DNA from: a virus
DNA length: 64,000 nt
IMG/VR virus record: IMGVR_UViG_3300042330_000875
Location: 32,001 to 96,000 of that record
Reading direction: 5' to 3' (one strand)
How positions within the stretch are numbered: position 1 is the first letter of the stretch; each line of letters begins with the position of its first letter. The position numbers and the translations under genes were made by a program. Shown here piece by piece: positions 48,863-57,932 of this stretch. Below the pieces are notes generated by a model, which worked only from the letters and a program-made list of their open reading frames with translations, ran no database searches and was not told where the DNA came from.

Positions 48863-48948
48863 ACAAAAGAGGAAGAATTAGTTCTTCCTCTTTTTCTCTA
48901 TTGACAATTAACTAAAATAGTTTATATTAATTGTAAAGGAGATTTAAT

Positions 48949-49251
48949 ATGAAAAAATATATTTTTCTATTTTTGTTAATTAGTTTTTCAGCAAAAGCAA
49001 ACAATCTTTGCTTTCAAATGGAACATCAAATTAAAGAAGATATGAATTATGTTATTGGTCAAGCTTGGTTAAGGAATCCTGATGATTATATGTTTCATAA
49101 TTCCATTAAAGTTCAGCTTGACAATTTAACATATATCACGTTAAATCGTATGCATGAAAAGGCGCGAACACAAAAAGATTGTTCGCAAGAATATTATCAA
49201 ATTCAAAAAATTTTAAAAAACATGATGAATGTAATTCAAGGAGTTAATTAA
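48949..49251 (+). CDS. Exported hypothetical protein
   Basis: Signal peptide ending FSAKA. Confidence 0.65.
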   Translation: MKKYIFLFLLISFSAKANNLCFQMEHQIKEDMNYVIGQAWLRNPDDYMFHNSIKVQLDNLTYITLNRMHEKARTQKDCSQEYYQIQKILKNMMNVIQGVN

Positions 49252-51470
49252 TGAATAAACTAGCGTATCAAAACCTTTATCAAACTGCTTTAATTTATGC
49301 TGAACAAAATAATCACGATTATATTACCGTTGATCAAATTGTTGCAGCAATGTTACTCGATAAAGATTTTTCTGAAATTTTAAAATTTGCAAGTGTTGAT
49401 CTTGAACTTGCGTTAACAACAATTACAACTGTATGTAATCAAAGTTATGCGCGCATTGATAAACATCAAGACGATGTTGCAAGGATTCTTGAAAATGTTT
49501 TAAAAACTCGCGGTGGTTATAAACAAGGCTTTTTAGCTGATCAAAGCTTTGATCAAATTTGTAAAAAACTTGCACAACATAATCAAGATTATGAAACAAA
49601 TTTTACAAAAGTAGATTTTATTCAATATATTATCGACACCTTTCCTACAACTTCATCAATTATTATTCTTGAAAAATGTGGCTTAAATAAAGAAAAATTA
49701 AAAGAATATAAACAGATTGCTAAAGAAGGCTATGTAAATCAATTTGGCGTTGATCTTACTAATTTAGCAAAAAACGGAAAAATTGATCAAATTATTGGAC
49801 GTGATGAAGAAACATTAAAAATTCTTCTAGGACTTTTACGTAAACGCAAATCTAATGTTATTTTAACTGGCGATGCTGGTGTTGGTAAAACCGCAATTGC
49901 TGAAGGCTTGGCTTTAAAAATTGCAAATAACGAAGTTCCTGAAAATCTTCAAAATAAACGAGTGTTTAATCTTGATTTAAATTCTGTTATCGCTGGTACA
50001 AAGTATCGCGGCGAATTTGAAGAACGTATGAAAAAAATCATTGATGAATTATCCCAAGATGAAAATACAATTCTTTTTATTGATGAAATTCATCAACTTA
50101 TGGGAATGAACAATGGTGAAAATTCAGCTATGAATGCTGCACAAATTTTAAAACCCGCATTAGCTCGTGGAACTTTAAAATTAATTGGCGCAACCGATAC
50201 GGAGAATTATCGTAAAATTCTACAAAAAGATAAACCATTAATGCGCCGATTCCAAGAAATTGTTATTGATGAACCTTCTGCTGTTTATACAAAACAAATT
50301 CTCTATGGTTTAAAAGAAAGTTTTGAAAATTTTCATAATGTAAAATTCTCAAATTTGGCTTTAGATGCAGCAGTTGATTTATCTGGTCTTTATATTACAA
50401 ATCGTAAATGGCCTGATAAAGCTATCGATTTAATCGATGCAGCGGGCGCTAGAGCATTGTTTCATAAAAAAGAATCAGTTGAAGAAAGTGATATTGAATT
50501 TGAATTAACTCAAATCACAAAAATTCGCCCACAAAAAGCTAAAAAAGAAGAATCAAGCATTTATGATTTAGCAAAAAATATTAAACAACGTATTTTTGAA
50601 CAAGATCAAGCAATTGAAACATTAGTTGATAGTGTTGCTATTGCAAAATGCGGAATGCGCGATACAAATAAACCTTTAGGTCGTTATCTTTTTGTTGGCC
50701 CAAGTGGAACAGGCAAAACAGAAGTTTGTCGTGAATTAGCTAAAGAATTAAACATTCCCTTGCTCAAATATGATATGAGTGAATATATGGAAGGGCACTC
50801 AATTAGTAAATTAATTGGTTCACCTCCTGGTTATGTTGGATATTCTGATGGTTCAAGTGGTTCAGGAAAATTAATCAATGATATTGAAACCAATCCAAAT
50901 GCCATTTTACTATTAGATGAATTTGAAAAAGCGCACCCAAGTATTTTTAATGCATTCTTGCAAGTTTTAGATGATGCTAAATTAACTTCAAGCGATGGTA
51001 AAACAGTAAAATTTAATAATGTTATTATCATTATGACAAGTAATGCTGGTGCTGCTAAATCTGAAAAAGCCTCAATTGGGTTTAATTCAAGTGAAAATAA
51101 TTTACAATCAAATGTTATGGAAGCAGTTGAAAAAACCTTTTCTCCTGAGTTTCGTAATCGGTTAGATGAAGTTGTTGTTTTCAATCGTCTTAGTGAAGCG
51201 GCAATCAAACAAGTTGCTAAAAAGTTTCTTGATCGTCTTAATAACCAATTAAGTGAAAATTTAAATCAATTAACGTATTCTGAAGCGGTTGTTGATTTTC
51301 TTGCTAAAAAAGGTTATAACCCAAAAATGGGAGCACGCCCAATGGAACGTGCAATTACTGATTTTGTTAAAAAGCAAATTTCAAAAAAGATGTTTGAAAA
51401 TCGTCATTTTGAAAATGTAAAAGTTTCATTAGACGTAATTGATGAAGAAATTAAAGTAGAGATTGCATAA
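49251..51470 (+). CDS. clpA: ClpA-like AAA+ unfoldase
   Basis: GDAGVGKT, AGTKYRGEFEER, PDKAIDLID, GPSGTGKT, LIGSPPGYVG, IGF ClpP-docking loop, FSPEFRNRLD; no middle coiled coil. Confidence 0.92.
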   Translation: MNKLAYQNLYQTALIYAEQNNHDYITVDQIVAAMLLDKDFSEILKFASVDLELALTTITTVCNQSYARIDKHQDDVARILENVLKTRGGYKQGFLADQSFDQICKKLAQHNQDYETNFTKVDFIQYIIDTFPTTSSIIILEKCGLNKEKLKEYKQIAKEGYVNQFGVDLTNLAKNGKIDQIIGRDEETLKILLGLLRKRKSNVILTGDAGVGKTAIAEGLALKIANNEVPENLQNKRVFNLDLNSVIAGTKYRGEFEERMKKIIDELSQDENTILFIDEIHQLMGMNNGENSAMNAAQILKPALARGTLKLIGATDTENYRKILQKDKPLMRRFQEIVIDEPSAVYTKQILYGLKESFENFHNVKFSNLALDAAVDLSGLYITNRKWPDKAIDLIDAAGARALFHKKESVEESDIEFELTQITKIRPQKAKKEESSIYDLAKNIKQRIFEQDQAIETLVDSVAIAKCGMRDTNKPLGRYLFVGPSGTGKTEVCRELAKELNIPLLKYDMSEYMEGHSISKLIGSPPGYVGYSDGSSGSGKLINDIETNPNAILLLDEFEKAHPSIFNAFLQVLDDAKLTSSDGKTVKFNNVIIIMTSNAGAAKSEKASIGFNSSENNLQSNVMEAVEKTFSPEFRNRLDEVVVFNRLSEAAIKQVAKKFLDRLNNQLSENLNQLTYSEAVVDFLAKKGYNPKMGARPMERAITDFVKKQISKKMFENRHFENVKVSLDVIDEEIKVEIA

Positions 51471-51496
51471 GGCAATCTCTTTTTTGGAGTTATAAC

Positions 51497-51853
51497 ATGG
51501 ATTTTAAATTAGCAAAAGTATTATATGAAAAAAACGAATTAACACAAGGCGTTATTATTAAAGCAAAATATACGGCAGTTGATATGGCAGGCAGGCATTC
51601 TTTTGAAACCATAGATGAATTTTTAGTAATTTATGCTTCTATTAAGGCAGAAATGTTAATTTTACATTGTAGTCATAAAAAATCAGGTATGCGAAGAAAT
51701 TTAACACATGATTGTATTTTAGAAATTAATGGCATGACACCTGATAGAATTGCTGATAGTATTGATTTAACAATTGATGGAAATGCTAAAAAAATAGGCA
51801 ATAAACGTGGAAGAAAAACAAATGAAGAGCGCGCAAGGTTAGCTAATTTATAA
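51497..51853 (+). CDS. Hypothetical protein
   Basis: ORF; basic KRGRK tail. Confidence 0.7.
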   Translation: MDFKLAKVLYEKNELTQGVIIKAKYTAVDMAGRHSFETIDEFLVIYASIKAEMLILHCSHKKSGMRRNLTHDCILEINGMTPDRIADSIDLTIDGNAKKIGNKRGRKTNEERARLANL

Positions 51854-52182
51854 TGTTAATTTATTATATTGATGGTGAAAAATTTTACACTGAAGATTTT
51901 GATGATATTCCTCTGCATGATATTTCTTCACCTGATGAACAAACACCCGCATTTCAAGACAGTTTAACAAGTGAAAAACTTTGGTGTGAAAAAAATTATC
52001 GTTGGCATCGATTAACTGGACCAACATTAATTCGTCCAGATGAAACTGTGGGATTTTGGTTAAACGATAAAAAATACCATAATGTCCGGGATTGGATTAA
52101 AGAACATCCAAATCCAGATTTATATTTCGATGCATTAGGTATGAATGAAACAGACAGAGTGTTATGGTTTTTACAAAATTAA
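51853..52182 (+). CDS. HRLTGPA family protein copy 19 (tail P)
   Basis: Family motifs. Confidence 0.85.
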   Translation: MLIYYIDGEKFYTEDFDDIPLHDISSPDEQTPAFQDSLTSEKLWCEKNYRWHRLTGPTLIRPDETVGFWLNDKKYHNVRDWIKEHPNPDLYFDALGMNETDRVLWFLQN

Positions 52183-52199
52183 TTTTTATAAAAAAGCAC

Positions 52200-52234
52200 T
52201 AGACAGAGTATAGAAAATTTTCTATACTCTGTCT
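52200..52234 (+). promoter_or_regulatory. Early promoter lying within a perfect 34-bp palindrome
   Basis: TAGACA-17-TATACT within AGACAGAGTATAGAAAA/TTTTCTATACTCTGTCT. Confidence 0.6.
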
Positions 52235-52258
52235 CTAATGTTGATGAAGGGAAATTAA

Positions 52259-52669
52259 ATGTCGAGAATTTTGGTTCGAGATGATCGTTGGATGGATTTC
52301 ATTGAACGCAATCTTGTAGATCATGAAGCCATTGCAAATGCGCGTGTTGGCGCATGTATTGTTTTTAAAAACGAAATTGTTTCTTTTCAAACCAATCAAC
52401 TTAAAACGCATCCGCTTCAAACTAAGTTTGGCCGTAATAAGGAAGCTATTTATCTTCATGCTGAAGTGGCAAGTATTGTTGCTGCCAGCAAGCGTATTAT
52501 TCATCCGAATGATTGGAAGAAAAGCACGATTTATGTTTTGCGTTTGACGAAAAACGAAGATCGTGCTATTGCCAAGCCTTGTAGTGGTTGTACTCAAGCA
52601 ATTGCTGCTTATGGAATTGGTCGTGTAGTTTATACTGGGTTTGATGGTGAGACTATTGTAGTTGATTAA
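52259..52669 (+). CDS. Zn-dependent cytidine/dCMP deaminase-like protein
   Basis: HAE and PCSGC. Confidence 0.8.
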   Translation: MSRILVRDDRWMDFIERNLVDHEAIANARVGACIVFKNEIVSFQTNQLKTHPLQTKFGRNKEAIYLHAEVASIVAASKRIIHPNDWKKSTIYVLRLTKNEDRAIAKPCSGCTQAIAAYGIGRVVYTGFDGETIVVD

Positions 52670-53187
52670 AAATCAACTGGAACGGTTTCACTCATTATAT
52701 CATTAATATATTGTGAAACAATTTGTTCTTCTGTTCCAACATAACCATTTAAACGAAGATATTCTATAAAATATTCATTCCAAATTAATTTTAATTGTAA
52801 TCCATCTAAGCCTTTTTTATTATCAAAATTACTATCTAACATTTTCATAAATGGTTCTTGTTTTAAATTAGCCAATTCTAATTCATAAGTATCTTGATCA
52901 ATATCTTCGTCTTCTAATTGCCAAAGTAATTGATATTCAAATAGTTTTTTATCGTTTTTAAGAAACAATTTTATTTTTTCACGATATTGTTCTTTTGTTA
53001 ATAAATTTAATTGTAAATCAAATTTTAAAATTTCTAAAGTATTATCAATAATACCCATATCATTGTTTAAAATAAACAATTCTTTTTCTAATTCAATTCC
53101 AGAATAATAATATTCTGCTTCGGCAATTTTTCTAGTTTTGCCTTTTAATCCCCAACTTCCAGGTAATAACCAAAATGGTAATTTCAT
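52666..53187 (-). CDS. Conserved phage hypothetical protein
   Basis: LPGSWGLKGK..AEAEYY; WNEYFI..L..GY.G. Confidence 0.7.
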   Translation of the reverse strand: MKLPFWLLPGSWGLKGKTRKIAEAEYYYSGIELEKELFILNNDMGIIDNTLEILKFDLQLNLLTKEQYREKIKLFLKNDKKLFEYQLLWQLEDEDIDQDTYELELANLKQEPFMKMLDSNFDNKKGLDGLQLKLIWNEYFIEYLRLNGYVGTEEQIVSQYINDIMSETVPVDF

Positions 53188-53197
53188 TTTTTATTCC

Positions 53198-53716
53198 TTA
53201 TAACTTATAACTATCAATAATTTTTTGTGTATTTTCGATAATTTTATTAGATTTTTCTATTAGATTATTATATCTCTTAATACGGTTATACATTTCTTCT
53301 TTATATTCTAAAACATGACATTTTTCTTGTTCTAATCTATTTTTGAATAGTTCTAAATCTAACCATTTACCAAGATTTATATCAGAGAATAAAATATCAT
53401 CATTATAGTTAATAACTATTTCTTTTTTACTCGTGGTTGACCAAGAAGAAACTTTTGGACCAGAACCGCCACCCTCATCGTTATCATACGAATCATAACT
53501 TGTATGTTGAAATTCAACAACAATGTTTTTATTAATTAGATCAATATTAAAAGAATATGGCACACCAAACGTTTCATCATATTCAAATTCATAACGATAT
53601 GATTTTAATTCTTTATTTTTAAGAGAAATTAAATTATTAATCTTTATTTTATTTTCTTCCAATAATTTCTCTGATAGTTCTATTTCATTTAATAAATTAA
53701 TTATTTCATTATTCAT
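53198..53716 (-). CDS. Hypothetical protein
   Basis: 172-aa coupled ORF. Confidence 0.7.
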   Translation of the reverse strand: MNNEIINLLNEIELSEKLLEENKIKINNLISLKNKELKSYRYEFEYDETFGVPYSFNIDLINKNIVVEFQHTSYDSYDNDEGGGSGPKVSSWSTTSKKEIVINYNDDILFSDINLGKWLDLELFKNRLEQEKCHVLEYKEEMYNRIKRYNNLIEKSNKIIENTQKIIDSYKL

Positions 53717-54141
53717 AATAATTCCTCACAAATTGTAACTTTTATATTTGAGTTGTTTAACATATGTTCTGCTGCATCAAAACTTTCTTGTAATGTTTTT
53801 CCTGTTGGTTTAGGTGGAACAACAATTTCTTTTATTTTGAATTTAATCATTACCTTTACACATTCCGAGCAAGGCCACCAATTAATATACATAATGCTAT
53901 CTTTAACATCAATATTGTTAATAATTGCAGAAAAAATAGCATTTCTTTCCGCATGTTCCAAATAAAAATATTTATGTGGTTTTTCAAGATATTTTGGATT
54001 TTTATCTTTTATATCCGCCCAATCATTAAAACCAGTTGAAATTATTTCGTTGTTTTTTACAATTAATGCTGCCACTTTTCTTGTTGGATCAGGACTTTTT
54101 TCTGCTAAGTTTTTTAAAATTTGAAAATATTCTTTGTTCAT
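53713..54141 (-). CDS. dCMP deaminase
   Basis: SPDPTRKVAA, TGFN, HAERNAI, PCSEC. Confidence 0.88.
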   Translation of the reverse strand: MNKEYFQILKNLAEKSPDPTRKVAALIVKNNEIISTGFNDWADIKDKNPKYLEKPHKYFYLEHAERNAIFSAIINNIDVKDSIMYINWWPCSECVKVMIKFKIKEIVVPPKPTGKTLQESFDAAEHMLNNSNIKVTICEELL

Positions 54142-54268
54142 TTTTAACCTCTTGATTAGAGTATAATCAAAAATGATAATTTAAACAAATAAAACTTGAC
54201 GAAATTGCAAAAATATTTTATTATTAATTTTAAATAGATTAAATTAAAAAACAATACAAGGAACAATT

Positions 54269-54520
54269 ATGATTTTTACAGCGGCATTGATGAATTTAAT
54301 TTTATCTTTTATTTCAATTGTTTATATTAAGTTTAAAAACTTTGATGTAATTTATTATTCTAAATTATCAAAAGAACAACAGGTAATTTATCTACAAAAT
54401 TATACTGATAATAGTTTGAAATTTCTTTCGCAAAATGAAATTGTTCAAATACAAACATATTCTCTTATGTTTATTGTTATGTTACTTTTATTACCTTATG
54501 CTTATTTTTTCGGGCTATAA
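54269..54520 (+). CDS. Small two-TM membrane protein
   Basis: Two hydrophobic segments. Confidence 0.6.
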   Translation: MIFTAALMNLILSFISIVYIKFKNFDVIYYSKLSKEQQVIYLQNYTDNSLKFLSQNEIVQIQTYSLMFIVMLLLLPYAYFFGL

Positions 54521-54547
54521 TTTCAATTTAAAAAATTGTTAATTTTA

Positions 54548-54555
54548 TATAAATA
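54548..54555 (+). promoter_or_regulatory. T4-type late promoter
   Basis: TATAAATA just upstream of a structural gene. Confidence 0.6.
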
Positions 54556-54579
54556 TTAGGTTATTAGAGGAGTTAAATA

Positions 54580-56433
54580 ATGTCATCAAATAATTTTTCA
54601 TTGGAAGGTGTAGCCAGTAAAGTTCGCTTAGGCAAAGCTGGTCCACAATTAAAAAACAATAATGGTGTTATCGAAGTTAAAAACGTAGATGATACCACTT
54701 TAGCTAAATTATCAGTTGCAGATGGAACCAATCCATCAGAAGCAACAAATTTATCTCAATTAGAAAGCGCAATTGCAGATGTACCAGTTACTTTTACTGG
54801 TTTTGATTTTCGTTTAGGCGATATCGCAAACGGCGATGGTAGTTGGACACCAGGAGCGGTTCCAATTGATGAAAATACCAAAATAAGTGCAGCAATTGAT
54901 GGTTTAAATGAAGTTCTTTCATTGCTTGTTCCTGCACAACCGCCAGCTTTTCCAAATGCTCAAGCATTAACTTTAACTTCAGTTGGTACATCACCATTAC
55001 AAGCTGCTGGTGCGGTTCCAAACAATACAGGAACAACTTCTCCTTGGAGTGCTGGACAAGCAGTTACACGCTTAACTTCAAACGCAACTACTAACACATT
55101 TAATGATATGGGTCCAGGCAACTCAGGAACCGTTACACTTATTAATAATGGCGCATCTTCTGGTTCTCGTGTTTTAACTGGAACTGGCGATAATGGAACT
55201 TATGGTAATCTTGTAATAGCAGATCAAAAAGATTTTCCAGTTATTACGCCCGGTTTTTGGAAATCCATTGATATTTCTGGTAGTGGTATAGTTGGAACAC
55301 AAGGAACAAATCGTATTTCAATCAATCATTCGGCTGCTGGTTCAACAGGGGATGTTTTTTATATTAGAGACAATATAACAGCAACCCCAGTTGTTAGCTC
55401 AGTTGGTTTATCTCAATCAGGTTCTCCTACATTTGCCTATAGTTCAAGTGTGCCTCATTATGGTGATTCAACCGCAACTTTAACTGGTTCAGCAAGTGTT
55501 AACAATTTATCAGGTGAAACGTATTATGGCGGTTCAACCCCATTTACGGTTTCTGGCACAAATTCTATTATAGCATCACAAAGTTATACTTATGCAACTT
55601 TAGGTATTACTACACCAATTACTCGACAAACTGTTGCTGCTACTCCAATTACACCAGTTTCTATTTTAGTTAATGGAACAAACATTCATAATTCTGGTTT
55701 AATTCAAGCAGTTTCAACAAACGTAAATGGTTCAAGTGCTGCAACCAATTTAAGTTCTTCAATTGTGTTAGTAAAACGTGGAACAGTTGGCAGTAGAATT
55801 GATGAAATGAATATTCCAATTACTATTGCTGGAACAACCGGAGATTCAGTTGCACAAAGAATTTCTTCTAATTCAAATGCTGATACACCAAATTATACTT
55901 TTACTGGAACATCAACAGATTGGGTACAAAATGCAGCTTTAAGCACTTATGAAACAGCAGTAGTTGCTGGTTTATTATCTCATAACCAAACAAATTATTC
56001 AACTGGTCATTTACCAGTTGGGCCAAATTTAAGTGTTGGTCGAACAGGCGCACAATATATTACATTTTGGTTTAGACGTACACCAGTTAGTAAATTTGAT
56101 CTTCAATTAACAACAGGTGTTAGTGGTATTGGTGGTTGCTGGATTAAATTAGTAGGTCAAGAAACAACAAGTACATTAAATGGTTGGTTTGATATGAGTT
56201 TAGCTTATTCTGGTTCTGGTGCTCCTGGTGCTGGCGCTGGTGGTAATGGAAGTAATGGTTGTGCATTAGGTGGTGTTTTAGCTACTAGCACACAATATAC
56301 CAATGCAAGAAGAACTGTTACTTTTGGTACATTAAGTTCAGCAAGTGCAACCAACAATTCAATTTTAGTTAGATTTAAATTAACTTCTGGACAATCAATT
56401 CCAGCATTAAGCATTTTAGCGGCAAGTAATTAA
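54580..56433 (+). CDS. Putative virion structural/fibre protein
   Basis: Gly/Thr/Ser-rich; N-terminus paralogous to 16019..17656. Confidence 0.65.
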   Translation: MSSNNFSLEGVASKVRLGKAGPQLKNNNGVIEVKNVDDTTLAKLSVADGTNPSEATNLSQLESAIADVPVTFTGFDFRLGDIANGDGSWTPGAVPIDENTKISAAIDGLNEVLSLLVPAQPPAFPNAQALTLTSVGTSPLQAAGAVPNNTGTTSPWSAGQAVTRLTSNATTNTFNDMGPGNSGTVTLINNGASSGSRVLTGTGDNGTYGNLVIADQKDFPVITPGFWKSIDISGSGIVGTQGTNRISINHSAAGSTGDVFYIRDNITATPVVSSVGLSQSGSPTFAYSSSVPHYGDSTATLTGSASVNNLSGETYYGGSTPFTVSGTNSIIASQSYTYATLGITTPITRQTVAATPITPVSILVNGTNIHNSGLIQAVSTNVNGSSAATNLSSSIVLVKRGTVGSRIDEMNIPITIAGTTGDSVAQRISSNSNADTPNYTFTGTSTDWVQNAALSTYETAVVAGLLSHNQTNYSTGHLPVGPNLSVGRTGAQYITFWFRRTPVSKFDLQLTTGVSGIGGCWIKLVGQETTSTLNGWFDMSLAYSGSGAPGAGAGGNGSNGCALGGVLATSTQYTNARRTVTFGTLSSASATNNSILVRFKLTSGQSIPALSILAASN

Positions 56434-56447
56434 TAGGAGAATAAAAA

Positions 56448-57506
56448 ATGGCTATTTCAGATACACAATTAATCGACCTATTAGTTAAAAAAGTTATTGG
56501 TGGCGTTGCTAAAACCGATACGGCAAGTGCAAAAAGTGTTAGCAATGAAACTATTGCTAGTCCTTTACCAGTTTATGCAAATCAAATTTGGGCTGAACCA
56601 GAAAATATTCCAAATACTCCACCAATTTCTAATACATCGGCAGTAAGTGTTCGCACGGTTGCCAATTCAAGTTCACAAATAAATTTAACAATGGACGCAA
56701 CATCAACAACCAATCGTACATTTTTAACTGGATTGGTTGATTGGATTTCTCCTACATTTGGAAGTAATTATGCGGTAAAGATTTATCGTGGAAATCCAGC
56801 ATTGGGCGGGGTTCAAATATTCCCAAATGGTTCTGGTAACTCTGATTCTTATATGTTTGATTATACTGCTGGTGTTTTAAATTTTGCTGATACAAATATT
56901 CCATCGGGCATAACATCAAGCAATGTTTGGATTGAAGGTTATCGATATATTGGAGCAAAAGGCGTAGCAAGTGCTGCTGGATCAACAAAAACATATATTG
57001 TTGCTAACATTGCTGCTAGAGATGCATTAACTGGATTAAAGGCTGGCGATGGTGCATTTGTGTTAGATGCAAGTGCCGATCCTCAAATAACAGATACAGG
57101 CGAATATGCAGAATATCGTTGGACTGGTTCTGCTTGGAAATTGATTTCAACTGAAGACGCAGTTAAAGTTGATGCTAGTTCAATTAAAATTACAGTTAAT
57201 TCTTCAACTACTGGGCCAATCGTTTTAGCAACTGCCGGAAATATTTATTCCACTTATAAAGTTTCAAGAATTATTGGAGCAGAAATTAAAGTTAATACTG
57301 TTTTTGATGGAAATAAATCTTTTAATGTTGGTACAGACGGTAATAATACTGCTGTTTTAACCGATACTGATTATGATTTAACACAAACTGGTAATTACGT
57401 TCGCAGCGGTGGTTTTGACTTCCCAAGTGGCAATACAGAAATTAAATTATTTACTTCTGGAAGTTCAACAGTAGGAAGCGCTACGATTTATTTGACTTAT
57501 GTTTAA
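56448..57506 (+). CDS. Putative virion structural protein
   Basis: FDYTAGVLNF; C-terminus paralogous to 14644..16008. Confidence 0.65.
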   Translation: MAISDTQLIDLLVKKVIGGVAKTDTASAKSVSNETIASPLPVYANQIWAEPENIPNTPPISNTSAVSVRTVANSSSQINLTMDATSTTNRTFLTGLVDWISPTFGSNYAVKIYRGNPALGGVQIFPNGSGNSDSYMFDYTAGVLNFADTNIPSGITSSNVWIEGYRYIGAKGVASAAGSTKTYIVANIAARDALTGLKAGDGAFVLDASADPQITDTGEYAEYRWTGSAWKLISTEDAVKVDASSIKITVNSSTTGPIVLATAGNIYSTYKVSRIIGAEIKVNTVFDGNKSFNVGTDGNNTAVLTDTDYDLTQTGNYVRSGGFDFPSGNTEIKLFTSGSSTVGSATIYLTYV

Positions 57507-57513
57507 TAATTAA

Positions 57514-57544
57514 TAAAGGGGAGATTTAAATCTCCCCTTTTTTT
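57514..57544. terminator. Bidirectional terminator
   Basis: AAAGGGGAGATTTAAATCTCCCCTTT. Confidence 0.8.
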
Positions 57545-57734
57545 AAAAGAAATTAGGAATGTTCATAATTCCATAACCAATTAAAAACAAAACAACGGAA
57601 ATAATAAAACAAAGTGTTTTTAAGCCACCAATTTTACGTTTATTTACCGTAACAGTACCAAATAAAGAAACAACTGCTAGGCCAATTGCAAAGGTGAAAA
57701 AGGGCGATGCAATAAGAATAAAAAGAAGTTCCAT
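57543..57734 (-). CDS. Small two-TM membrane protein
   Basis: Under the conserved early promoter cassette. Confidence 0.65.
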   Translation of the reverse strand: MELLFILIASPFFTFAIGLAVVSLFGTVTVNKRKIGGLKTLCFIISVVLFLIGYGIMNIPNFF

Positions 57735-57740
57735 AGTTCA

Positions 57741-57812
57741 ATCTCCTTTGTTCGTTGCGACGTTTCCGTCTTGATGAACCCAATATAGAAAATTTTCTGA
57801 TCTTTGTCAAGC
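57741..57812 (-). promoter_or_regulatory. Conserved early promoter/leader cassette
   Basis: TTGACA-17-TATATT, GACG-GAAA-CGTC hairpin, AAGGAG. Confidence 0.8.
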
Positions 57813-57932
57813 GCTTTTTTAAATTTAATTTTTCCGGTATTATGTAGCAAACGCCACTAACTTTCTCAGCAGAAGCCCGGCATTTTACAGTATATTGCAT
57901 ATCGAGATCAAAAATCAAAATTGGAATGAAAG

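Noticed and set aside
57834-57860. Prophage attachment site / phage-host chromosome junction
   Set aside because: No integrase or att-like target gene; the boundary coincides with an IS1595-type terminal sequence, so IS insertion is simpler (chimeric assembly not excluded).
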